64,000 nucleotides of DNA from a virus (lineage: Duplodnaviria; Caudoviricetes). Within the stretch, counting starts at the first letter, position 1, and each line of letters starts with the position of its first letter. This document shows positions 55,476 to 64,000 of this stretch, piece by piece. Made by a program: the position numbers and the translations under genes. The stretch covers positions 1-64,000 of the IMG/VR virus record IMGVR_UViG_2974779332_000001; one strand, given 5' to 3'. Below the pieces are notes generated by a model. That model worked only from the letters and a program-made list of their open reading frames with translations. It was not told the DNA's origin and did not search any database.

Positions 55476-56682
55476 GTCAAAGCTAATCAACGCTGTTTGT
55501 CGTTCAAAGCAGGTTTCAGCCCTACTCGCTGACAACGTCGATGACCTATTCATTTCACACAAAGATGTCTGGCTTGGACTGCGTAAGTATTACATGCAGT
55601 TCAAGGCAATTCCGGACCTTTCTGTGTTGCAGGAGCGTTATGCGCTTCTTGAGGAAGTCGATGTAAAGGGCGAGCCAGAGTTCTACCTTGACGAGCTTAA
55701 GGGAGAATTCCTTCGCACTCGAATTGATGCAATCATGGGTAAGGCCGATGAGGCTCTATCCAGAGAAGCACCAGCACGAGTTCTGGCAAAAATGACCGCA
55801 GAGCTTGGTAAGCTTAACAAGTTCACCAACAATGTGCGAGACCTTAACCTGACAGATTACGAATCTGCTGAGACATACTTCCAGCAGGTTAAGGAAAAGG
55901 CGGCGGCAAATGGTAGTCCTGGTATTCCTACAGGTATCAAGGCCATCGACGCAGCATACCCAACAGGCATGGCACCTGGTCACCTAATCGTGGCTATCGG
56001 TTGGCCTGGTAAGGGAAAGACTTGGTTCACTTCCTACCTTGCCGTAAAGGCATGGGAACGTGGATTCAAGCCTATGATTGTCAGCCTTGAGATGAGTCCT
56101 GAGAACATGCGTGACCGAATTTATACTCTTATGGGTTCTGGTTTGTTCTCAGCAACTGACTTTGCTCGTGGCCAAGTAGACATTGACAACTTCCGTGCAT
56201 GGGGACAGAAGAAGCTTTCTGACCGCCCAGACTTTGTCATTGTTTCAAACGAGGGTGTTGGCGATGTTACACCAAACACTGTTCAGGCTAAGATTGAACA
56301 GCACAGGCCAGACCTGGTAATCTGTGACTATCACCAGCTATTCACCAACAACAACCGTTCAAGCTCTCCTACAGAGCGTGCAATGGGCGTGTCTCGTGAG
56401 TTCAAGCAGCTTGCAATCACGAATAACATTCCTTTGATTGACATCACCGCTGCTACTGCCGATGACACTTCAAGTAGCAAGACTGCTCCGATGCTGAACC
56501 AGGTTGCCTGGTCCAAGGCTATCGAGTATGATGCTGATATGGCGTTCGCGGTTCACCGTGACCCTGACAGCGGCCTGATGCAGGTTATTTGCCGAAAGAA
56601 CCGTCATGGTTCTGATTTCGAATTTGAAATTGATGCAGACCTGGACAAGGGTGTCTGGAAGGAATCATACGGCGGTTTCTGA
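55462..56682 (+). CDS. dnaB: DnaB-like replicative helicase
   Basis: Walker A GWPGKGKT, SLEMS, DYHQL, IEYDAD and KNRHG motifs. Confidence 0.95.
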   Translation: MANTESKLINAVCRSKQVSALLADNVDDLFISHKDVWLGLRKYYMQFKAIPDLSVLQERYALLEEVDVKGEPEFYLDELKGEFLRTRIDAIMGKADEALSREAPARVLAKMTAELGKLNKFTNNVRDLNLTDYESAETYFQQVKEKAAANGSPGIPTGIKAIDAAYPTGMAPGHLIVAIGWPGKGKTWFTSYLAVKAWERGFKPMIVSLEMSPENMRDRIYTLMGSGLFSATDFARGQVDIDNFRAWGQKKLSDRPDFVIVSNEGVGDVTPNTVQAKIEQHRPDLVICDYHQLFTNNNRSSSPTERAMGVSREFKQLAITNNIPLIDITAATADDTSSSKTAPMLNQVAWSKAIEYDADMAFAVHRDPDSGLMQVICRKNRHGSDFEFEIDADLDKGVWKESYGGF

Positions 56683-56978
56683 TGCACAGCAATGTCAAAA
56701 AGTTTCAGGTGGACGGTGTCATTCATGATGATGCTGATTTTCCACGTCTGAGGTCACAATTCGAAGACATGCTGGTAAAAGAAATGCGCGGTAGTGGATA
56801 CATTCCGGTCCTTGACCTAGGTCCATACTTTTCAACTGAATATCGTGAAGACAGCAGATATAACTTTGTAATAACGGCCTATGGGACATACGTTGGGAGG
56901 AGAAAAGCTTGGGAGATTCAAGGGATATGCAATGGGCAGCCAATCTCAATGACTACACCGAAGAACAAATTGAAGTAG
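56682..56978 (+). CDS. Hypothetical protein
   Basis: 98 aa, between helicase and primase. Confidence 0.75.
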   Translation: MHSNVKKFQVDGVIHDDADFPRLRSQFEDMLVKEMRGSGYIPVLDLGPYFSTEYREDSRYNFVITAYGTYVGRRKAWEIQGICNGQPISMTTPKNKLK

Positions 56979-57973
56979 TCATTCAGGGTCTTGGCGTAGA
57001 GGTTGAAGGCGAGACGGGAAACGACTTTCTCTGTTATTGTCCGTTCCATGGAAATACGGATACCCCAAGCTTCTCCGTATCCAAGAGGAACGGTACGTAC
57101 ATCTGCTTTAACGCTGCCTGTGCAGAACAAGGAAATCTGACTGGACTAGTTCAGCGGATTCGTAAGTGCAATTTGATGGAAGCCCTTCGCTTCGTCATGA
57201 AGCACAAGGAGACACGACGTGTGTCCCTTGCAGAACGCAGAGCCAAGCGTGCTAAGATGGCTGGAGACTTCACCATCTTTCCTGATGGACCATTTGACCG
57301 AATGCATGATGACTTTTGGAATTATCCAGAAGCAGTTCGATACATGGTAGAAGATAGGGGCTTCGAAGAGGAAACTCTAGAGAAGTTTCGTATTGGTTAC
57401 TCAGCAAAGAATGATATGGTGATTGTTCCAATGCATTCACCAGAAGGTCAGCACGTTGGCCTGATTGGACGTTCTTTGGAGGGGAAGAGATTCAAGAATT
57501 CCCCCGGCCTCCCAGTAAGTCGTACCTTGTGGAACCTTCACAGGGCAAAGGCTGCTGGAGATACCGTAGTAATTACAGAAGCATCTTTCGATGGTATGCG
57601 AGTAGACCAGGCTGGCTATCCTTGTGTGGTAGCATTGCTTGGTGGACATCTAAGCCTGCTGCACATCGATTTTCTTGACCGCTACTTCAACACCATCATT
57701 ATCATGACAGACTTTGATGACAAGGAGCAGCACAGGTCTCCAGTATGTAAGAAGTGTCGTGGTAAGTGTGTTGGACACAATCCAGGGCGTGACCTTGGAG
57801 TTGCTATAGTAGAAGCACTTCCTCGCAAGCGAGTGAAGTGGGCTTCATATGGCTACAAGGAGGTCTATCCAAATGGAGCAAAGGATGCTGGTAATCTCAC
57901 CGACAAGGAGATTAAAATCTGCATCCAGAACTCTGTGAGTAATTTTGAGTACAGGAGATGGGGCTTGTACTAA
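56927..57973 (+). CDS. dnaG: DNA primase (CHC2 zinc finger + Toprim)
   Basis: CPFH..TPSF..CFNAAC, ITEASFD, DFD and KDAG motifs. Confidence 0.9.
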   Translation: MQWAANLNDYTEEQIEVVIQGLGVEVEGETGNDFLCYCPFHGNTDTPSFSVSKRNGTYICFNAACAEQGNLTGLVQRIRKCNLMEALRFVMKHKETRRVSLAERRAKRAKMAGDFTIFPDGPFDRMHDDFWNYPEAVRYMVEDRGFEEETLEKFRIGYSAKNDMVIVPMHSPEGQHVGLIGRSLEGKRFKNSPGLPVSRTLWNLHRAKAAGDTVVITEASFDGMRVDQAGYPCVVALLGGHLSLLHIDFLDRYFNTIIIMTDFDDKEQHRSPVCKKCRGKCVGHNPGRDLGVAIVEALPRKRVKWASYGYKEVYPNGAKDAGNLTDKEIKICIQNSVSNFEYRRWGLY

Positions 57974-58047
57974 AGCCCCTCACCTGCTACAATATACATT
58001 AGTAGGTTCTAGGTAGCCTCAAATTCATACAGGAGATAATAAACTAA

Positions 58048-58821
58048 ATGGGAACTCTTAAGGGTCTAGCTGCAATTCGTGCCTTCGGTGAGAAGCAGGC
58101 ACAGGCGGCAAAGGAGCGCGAAGACCGTCTCAATGCACCAAAGGTTGAGTATCTAAACCTTAACGATGGTCAGAGCGTCCGGGTCCGTTTCCTCCAGGAA
58201 ATGGATGCCGAATCAGAGAACTACGACAAGACTCGTGGAACCGGTACACTTGCCGTTGAGCACGTAGTCTTCGTAAAGTCTCTGCGAAGGATGTATCGAG
58301 CAACTTGCACCATTGAAGACGAGGGTCGCTGCTACGGCTGCGAGCGTGCTCGTGCTGGTGACAAGGAATTCGCTCAGAAGCGTAACTACTACATCAATGC
58401 ACTTGTTGACTTCATGGATGGCGAAGCGCCAAAGACCATGATTGTCTCCCGAGGAATGGGTTCAACATTCTTCGCTCAGCTTTTTGAGGAGGCCGAGGAA
58501 GGTACCATCACAGAGTCCAACTACAAGATTACTCGTAAGGGTTCTGGTACCGACACCAAGTGGCTTCTAAAGGTTCTTCCAAAGGATGAACCTCTGGACG
58601 ACAGCGAGGCCACTGTTCACGACATTGACGACGAGAAGAACGGCATCATCAGGAGCTTCCCTTACGAGGCTACGAATGACAAGGCTTCTCAGGAGCAGTA
58701 TTTCTCTGGTGAGACTTACAACGACACCAAGAGCGACGCTGGTTCAGAGTCCAAGGATGCAAATGTTAAGGCAGCGCCAATGAATGGCGGCTCTGGCTAC
58801 AACATGGACGAGTCCTGGTAA
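58048..58821 (+). CDS. Single-stranded DNA-binding protein (gp32-like)
   Basis: VRVRFL, H..C..C..C Zn site, ITRKGSGTDTKW, acidic tail. Terminator at 58835-58857. Confidence 0.75.
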   Translation: MGTLKGLAAIRAFGEKQAQAAKEREDRLNAPKVEYLNLNDGQSVRVRFLQEMDAESENYDKTRGTGTLAVEHVVFVKSLRRMYRATCTIEDEGRCYGCERARAGDKEFAQKRNYYINALVDFMDGEAPKTMIVSRGMGSTFFAQLFEEAEEGTITESNYKITRKGSGTDTKWLLKVLPKDEPLDDSEATVHDIDDEKNGIIRSFPYEATNDKASQEQYFSGETYNDTKSDAGSESKDANVKAAPMNGGSGYNMDESW

Positions 58822-58912
58822 GACAAACAAGATTGCCCCGCTTCGGCGGGGCTTCTTGCGTCTCTGGACCACATCTGATAGAGTTGACCTACAACAACGA
58901 GGAAGGGAATCA

Positions 58913-61900
58913 ATGAAGCAGAACGTTGAACTTCACCTTCATGACCATTATTCATCCATGGACGGAACCAATACCGGAGCAGAGTATATGGTTCGTGCCA
59001 AGGAACTGGGAATGACGCACCTTGCCCAAACAAATCACGGAACCCTTGCAGGTCACCGTGAGTTTCAGCAGGCTGCGAAGGATGCAGGTATTGTTCCGAT
59101 TCTGGGAGTAGAGGCTTATATCTCTCCCACAGACCGTTTCGACAAGCGCTCAAAGGCGTCACGCTCAGACGGTACAAACGCATATAACCACCTAATCGTT
59201 CTTGCTCAGAACGAGACTGGTCTACAGACTCTCAACCGAATTAACCGTGTTGGATGGACCGAAGGCTTTTATTCAAAGCCTCGTATCGACATGGAGGTTC
59301 TGGAAAGCGACAATGAGGGTCTGATTGTTCTTTCAGGATGTCTTAACGGACTTATCTGTAAGGCGATTGAGCGAGGTGAGCTTGATGAGGCTATGGCTAT
59401 TGCCGACCGATTCAAGTCTATGCTTGGTGACCGATTCTTCATCGAGGTTCAGGGTCACAACCCTGTCGAGATGAATGAGGCATTGTTCCACATTGCTGAC
59501 ACAAAGGGAATCCTTCCTGTTGTCACAAGTGACTGCCACTACGCTCGCAAGGAAGACCTATGGATTCAGGAAGCAATGCTCATCCTGAGCACGAATCCAA
59601 AGAAGAACAAGGATGCTGAGTTCTCCAAGTCTCAGAAGATGGAGATGCTTGAGCGATTCAATTACCTGTACCCTGACCGCAAGATGACGTTCGAGAAGAT
59701 TGAGATTTACCTTCACGACGCTCAGGAGCACATGGATGCTTTTAGGGCTCAGGGATTTGACCGTGAGGACATCATCACCAATACGCATGTTGTAGCAGAC
59801 ATGATTGGTGATTATCCATTCCATCAGGGACTTGACCTGCTTCCTCGTCCAAAGGACATTAGTCCTGATGACTTGCTGGAAGAAAAGGCCCGGCAGGGAT
59901 TGAAGGACAAGGGCTTTGCAGATAATCAGAAGTACGTAGAACGACTTGAAGAAGAACTAGAAATCATCAAGTCAAAGGACTTCTCAACCTACTTCATCAT
60001 TGTCGAAGACATGATTACGTGGGCAAAGAGTCAGGGCATTCTGGTTGGTCCTGGTCGTGGTTCCGGTGCTGGTTCCCTTGTGAACTACGTTCTTGGTATC
60101 ACTGACATTGACCCAATTGCTGAGAACCTTCTGTTCTTCCGATTCATTAACCCTGAGCGAAATGACTTCCCTGACATTGACACCGACTTCGAGGATGCTC
60201 GTCGTGGTGAGGTCAAGGAATACCTTCGTAAGAAGTACAAGAATGTAGCATCCATCGCTACATTCGGATACTTCAAGGATAAGGTGGTAATCAAGGACGC
60301 TGCTCGTGTATTCTGCGTTCCTGTTGGTGAGGTCAACCGTGCTCTTAAGTACGTTGACAACTGGGACCAGTTCATGTCATCATCTACCACTGAGGAGTTT
60401 CGTAAGAAGTATCCAGAAGTGCTCAAGCTGGCAGACAGGCTTCGTGGCCGAATCCGTCAGTCTGGCATGCACGCGGCTGGTGTGGTAATTGCAAATCAGC
60501 CTCTGGCCAACTTCGCACCGATTGAAACTGCAAAGGACCCGAACGACCCTGATGGTCCTCGTATCCCCCTTGTGGCTATGGACATGGACCAGGCTGCCGA
60601 CCTTGGGCTCGTAAAGCTTGATGCTCTTGGTCTAAAGTGTCTCAGCATTATCAAGGACACTCTTCGCATGATTGAGGAGCGACACGGAAAGAAGGTTGTT
60701 CTAAACGACATTCCTCTGACTGACAGCCGTGTGTACGGAATGCTTTCTGATGGATACACCAAGGGTGTCTTCCAGTGTGAGGCTACCGCATACACCAAGC
60801 TGATTATCAAGATGGGTGGAGTTAGCAACTTCGATGAGCTAGCAGCGTCCAACGCTCTTGTTCGTCCTGGTGCAATGAACACCATTGGTGCTGAGTACAT
60901 CGCTCGAAAGAACGGAAAGTCTCCTGTAAAGTACCACCACTTTGAGATGAAGCCATTCACCTCAGAGACCTATGGTGAGATTCTGTACCAGGAGCAGGTC
61001 ATGCAGACCATGACGGAATTGGCCGGAATGGGAATGGCCACTGCTGACAAGGTTCGTAAGATTATTGGTAAGAAGAAGGACGCTAGTGAGTTCGATGCCT
61101 ACCGTGACGAATTCATGGAAGGTGCGAGTAAGAAGGTTCATCCTGCTGTTGCTGAAAAGCTCTGGCACGACTTCGAGGCTCACGCTGGCTATTCCTTCAA
61201 CAAGTCTCACGCTGTTGCCTACTCACGGCTTAGCTACTGGACTGCATGGCTCAAGAAGCATTACCCACTTGAGTTCATGTGTGCTACGCTTCGCAATGAG
61301 GGCGACAAGGATGCTCTGACCGAATACCTGATTGAGACAAAGCGCATGGGCATCAAGATGCTTCTGCCTCACGTCAATATCTCAGGAGTCAACTTCGAAA
61401 TTGAGGGTGACGCAATTCGGTTCGGTCTCACGAATATTAAGTTCATTCGTGAGAATGGTGCTCGTCAGCTCATGGAGTATCGTCCATTCACGTCATACAC
61501 TGACCTTGAAGAGAAGGTCAAGGAAAAGGGTAATGGTCTGACGGTACGTACACTGACCGGTCTAAACGCCATTGGTGCAGCGGCCTTTGAGGACCATCCT
61601 CGTACAGGAAATGAGCGTGAGAACTTCTACGAGTATCTTCGCATTCCTGCTTTCGAATTGAAGTTCATTCCACCAAAGGTCAGGGCTCAAATGACTGATT
61701 TGGAAGACTTCAAGGACAAGGGTGCATTCTGTGTCCTTGCCATGGTTCGAGGAATCAAGCGTGGTGAAGGATGGGCTCGACTGGATATGATTGATGAGAC
61801 TGGCACTGCTGGTGTCTTCACAAATCCAGAGACTCCTATTGAGTCTGGCCAGATGTATGCTATCCTGGTATCTGACAACAGGGTCGCGAGGTTTGCGACT

Positions 61901-62197
61901 ATGGATGAACTAATCCACAAGATTCCAAATGGCTTCGTGGAATACCTTTACGCAAGTGAGTACGGTGACATTCCGGAAGGAATGTACAAGGTTCTCGCTT
62001 TTCAGAGGTACAAGACGAAGGCCGGTAAGATGATGGCGTACACAACAGTATGTGATTCTGAAAAGAACATGTATCCTGTTATGGCCTTCCCTACCATGTT
62101 CCATAAGGCATATGGTAAGTGCAAAGATGGTGCAGTAATCGATGCAGTCCTTAAGCAGACGCAGGAAGGTAGCTGGTTCTACGACAATATCCTGTGA
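58913..62197 (+). CDS. dnaE: DNA polymerase III alpha subunit
   Basis: PHP HLHDHYS..DG, GPGRGSGAGSLV, PDIDTDF, HAAGVVI and YSFNKSHAVAY motifs. Confidence 0.97.
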   Translation: MKQNVELHLHDHYSSMDGTNTGAEYMVRAKELGMTHLAQTNHGTLAGHREFQQAAKDAGIVPILGVEAYISPTDRFDKRSKASRSDGTNAYNHLIVLAQNETGLQTLNRINRVGWTEGFYSKPRIDMEVLESDNEGLIVLSGCLNGLICKAIERGELDEAMAIADRFKSMLGDRFFIEVQGHNPVEMNEALFHIADTKGILPVVTSDCHYARKEDLWIQEAMLILSTNPKKNKDAEFSKSQKMEMLERFNYLYPDRKMTFEKIEIYLHDAQEHMDAFRAQGFDREDIITNTHVVADMIGDYPFHQGLDLLPRPKDISPDDLLEEKARQGLKDKGFADNQKYVERLEEELEIIKSKDFSTYFIIVEDMITWAKSQGILVGPGRGSGAGSLVNYVLGITDIDPIAENLLFFRFINPERNDFPDIDTDFEDARRGEVKEYLRKKYKNVASIATFGYFKDKVVIKDAARVFCVPVGEVNRALKYVDNWDQFMSSSTTEEFRKKYPEVLKLADRLRGRIRQSGMHAAGVVIANQPLANFAPIETAKDPNDPDGPRIPLVAMDMDQAADLGLVKLDALGLKCLSIIKDTLRMIEERHGKKVVLNDIPLTDSRVYGMLSDGYTKGVFQCEATAYTKLIIKMGGVSNFDELAASNALVRPGAMNTIGAEYIARKNGKSPVKYHHFEMKPFTSETYGEILYQEQVMQTMTELAGMGMATADKVRKIIGKKKDASEFDAYRDEFMEGASKKVHPAVAEKLWHDFEAHAGYSFNKSHAVAYSRLSYWTAWLKKHYPLEFMCATLRNEGDKDALTEYLIETKRMGIKMLLPHVNISGVNFEIEGDAIRFGLTNIKFIRENGARQLMEYRPFTSYTDLEEKVKEKGNGLTVRTLTGLNAIGAAAFEDHPRTGNERENFYEYLRIPAFELKFIPPKVRAQMTDLEDFKDKGAFCVLAMVRGIKRGEGWARLDMIDETGTAGVFTNPETPIESGQMYAILVSDNRVARFATMDELIHKIPNGFVEYLYASEYGDIPEGMYKVLAFQRYKTKAGKMMAYTTVCDSEKNMYPVMAFPTMFHKAYGKCKDGAVIDAVLKQTQEGSWFYDNIL

Positions 62198-62400
62198 GGA
62201 GTATGATGGATGAAGCAATCAGGCCAGAAGACATTCTGCGCCTGTTGCTTATCGCTAATGGCCCTGTCACTATCTCTGCTGATGAGATGGACAGGGCCCT
62301 CGGTGATGCAACACAATATCAAGTAGCTGTAAGCTACGAACCATTCAAAGATGAGTTCACTATACACTTGGAGAGTAATGAACGACCTGTCAATGACTGA
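62194..62400 (+). CDS. Hypothetical protein
   Basis: 68-aa ORF filling the gap between genes. Confidence 0.7.
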   Translation: MRSMMDEAIRPEDILRLLLIANGPVTISADEMDRALGDATQYQVAVSYEPFKDEFTIHLESNERPVND

Positions 62401-62728
62401 TTACCAGATGGCTGCTGCTGAAACTGGCATCTATCCTGGACATGGCGAGGCGACCACAGAGGCAATCGGTTATACCGTCCTTGGCCTTGTGGGCGAAGCT
62501 GGTGAAATTGCCAATGGCTTCAAGAAGACCATCCGAGATGAGGATGGAATTGTTACCGCAGAGAAGGCGAAGGCTCTGGCAGCAGAGCTTGGAGATGTTC
62601 TCTGGTATGTTGCCAATCTTGCCAATGAGCTTGGATATCCTCTGGAGCTAATCGCAAAGCAGAATCTCCAGAAGCTCAAGTCACGTCAGGCTCGTGGCGT
62701 AATCAGCGGTAGCGGCGACAACCGCTAG
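62378..62728 (+). CDS. MazG-like nucleotide pyrophosphohydrolase
   Basis: LGLVGEAGEIAN..KK..ELGDVLWYVA..N..KL.SR..RG..SGSGDNR. Confidence 0.9.
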   Translation: MNDLSMTDYQMAAAETGIYPGHGEATTEAIGYTVLGLVGEAGEIANGFKKTIRDEDGIVTAEKAKALAAELGDVLWYVANLANELGYPLELIAKQNLQKLKSRQARGVISGSGDNR

Positions 62729-62743
62729 ATGCTACAATAGAGC

Positions 62744-62944
62744 ATGAGCACAGAAGCATATTTCCTCCGGGGAGTCGAAGACGAACACCTATTGGTATTC
62801 CGAGGCGACGACGCGGAGGAAATTTTGTTTATCATTAAGCGGTTGGCCGCCTGCCGCGATAAAAAAATAAAGGCAATGGCAGAAAAACTTGAAGAGGAAT
62901 GGAACCAAAGAGAATATGGAAATAGAAGAGGAGATTCTAGCTAA
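62744..62944 (+). CDS. Hypothetical protein, leaderless
   Basis: TACAAT-5nt-ATG. Confidence 0.7.
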   Translation: MSTEAYFLRGVEDEHLLVFRGDDAEEILFIIKRLAACRDKKIKAMAEKLEEEWNQREYGNRRGDSS

Positions 62945-63920
62945 GCTGAGTCCAAAGGTTCTGGCAAGAGCCAAGATGGCTTCCGAAGTGCAATTGATGA
63001 AGCAGCCCACTCCAAGCACAGGGCTTAACTCTGCATTGCGTGGTGGCATCGGTTATGGACGGCAGACCCTTATTTGGGGTAGCAAGTCAGCAGGAAAGTC
63101 AACATTCTGTCTGGGAACGTTGGGAATTGCTCAGGCGTCCGGAAAGCGGGCGGCATTTATCGATGCAGAGCAGTCCTTTGACCCTTCTTGGGCAGAGCGT
63201 CTAGGAGTAGATACTAGAAAGCTTATCTACACAGACGTAAAAACCATTGAGGATATGGTAAGTGCAGGCGTCGAATTCATGAAGGCTGGCGTGGACATTG
63301 TCACCGTAGACTCAATCTCAGCACTATTGTCCTCAGCGTATTTTGAAAAGGACAAGAAGAATGACGAACTAAAGGAACTTTCTGGAACAAAGCAGATTGG
63401 TTCTGAGGCTCGTGAGTTGGCTAACGGCGTAAAGATGCTGAACTACGCTAACAAGCAGACTGCTCTGATTCTTATCTCTCAGGTTCGTAACAAGATTACG
63501 ACTTATGGAGCAATGCATCAGGCAACTGGTGGTCACGCAGTAGATTTCTTTAGCTCTACAGTAGTAAAGCTATGGAGTTCTGCCAGGGATGATGACCAGA
63601 TTAAGGGTGAAGTCTACAACGGCGACCTTGTTCTAAAGCAGCCAATTGGCCGTAAGGTCATCTGGAATATCGATAAGAACAAGCTTGGGCCTCCAAACAG
63701 GTCTGGCGAATACAGCCTCTTTTACGATGGAGACTTCATCGGAATTGACCAGGTTGGAGAAGCAGTGGACGTGGGTGTAGCTCTAGGCATCGTCAATAAG
63801 TCAGGAAACTGGCTTACGTATGAAGACCTCAAGGTCAACGGTAAGGACAGCTTCACCATTCAACTGAGACAGCAGCCAGAATTGGCAGAAAAGCTGGTGA
63901 AGGAGGTAGAGGCTTCATGA
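62916..63920 (+). CDS. recA: RecA/UvsX-like recombinase
   Basis: GSKSAGKST, FIDAEQ, VDSISAL, ISQVR and TGGHA motifs. Confidence 0.93.
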   Translation: MEIEEEILAKLSPKVLARAKMASEVQLMKQPTPSTGLNSALRGGIGYGRQTLIWGSKSAGKSTFCLGTLGIAQASGKRAAFIDAEQSFDPSWAERLGVDTRKLIYTDVKTIEDMVSAGVEFMKAGVDIVTVDSISALLSSAYFEKDKKNDELKELSGTKQIGSEARELANGVKMLNYANKQTALILISQVRNKITTYGAMHQATGGHAVDFFSSTVVKLWSSARDDDQIKGEVYNGDLVLKQPIGRKVIWNIDKNKLGPPNRSGEYSLFYDGDFIGIDQVGEAVDVGVALGIVNKSGNWLTYEDLKVNGKDSFTIQLRQQPELAEKLVKEVEAS

Positions 63921-64000
63921 TTAATCCATTTCTACAGCCGCCACAGAAGCCCGTCGATGATGTACCTCAAGGTATTCTCATCGACGGTACCTTTGTCTGC
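63917..64000 (+). CDS. 5' part of the next gene (truncated by the window)
   Basis: ATGA overlap with the recA stop, SD GGAGGT, open to the window end. Confidence 0.6.
   Translation, partial: MINPFLQPPQKPVDDVPQGILIDGTFVC

Noticed and set aside
58913-62197. Intein or intron in dnaE, nrdJ, dnaB or recA
   Set aside because: Lengths and motif spacing are normal. No intein-like C/S...HN insertions or frame breaks were seen.
1-64000. Prophage or integrated element
   Set aside because: No integrase, repressor cassette or host genes. The content fits a lytic phage genome.

Overview
This window is the left ~64 kb of a large lytic siphovirus of actinobacteria. Gene content and layout resemble the large terminally redundant Streptomyces phages (cluster BE-like); this is an inference, as no database was searched. 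It has four zones. (1) ~1-10.7 kb is a GC-richer block of small leftward genes. It is built as about 15 modular cassettes, each with a hairpin terminator, a palindromic TGTCCG-N3-CGGACA box, a sigma70/HrdB-type promoter and 1-3 genes. Phased A-tract DNA brackets the block and a 9-10 bp repeat tract lies near its right end; it is probably the long terminal repeat or pre-early region. Cargo includes a frameshifted DUF932 gene, two ribosomal-L7/L12-like paralogues, an Lsr2-like protein, a Gp88-like Fe-S protein, two minimal ParB-like proteins, micropeptides and a structured RNA. (2) 10.7-18.8 kb is a leftward accessory region: thyX, endonuclease VII, a DUF2637-like membrane/HTH gene carrying a dense TGTC/GACA array, Dps, a nucleotidyltransferase, glycosyltransferases, tRNA-Thr, a membrane-anchored HNH, a transglycosylase and a candidate antisense sRNA. 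(3) 18.8-54 kb holds a GT4 glycosyltransferase, class II RNR, endolysin, head and tail genes and a holin-like gene. (4) 54-64 kb is the replication module (DnaB, primase, SSB, DnaE, MazG-like, RecA). The best candidates for novel systems are the cassette array with its palindromic box, and the DUF2637-like gene with its DNA-level motif array and matching sRNA. All positions and counts were read by eye.
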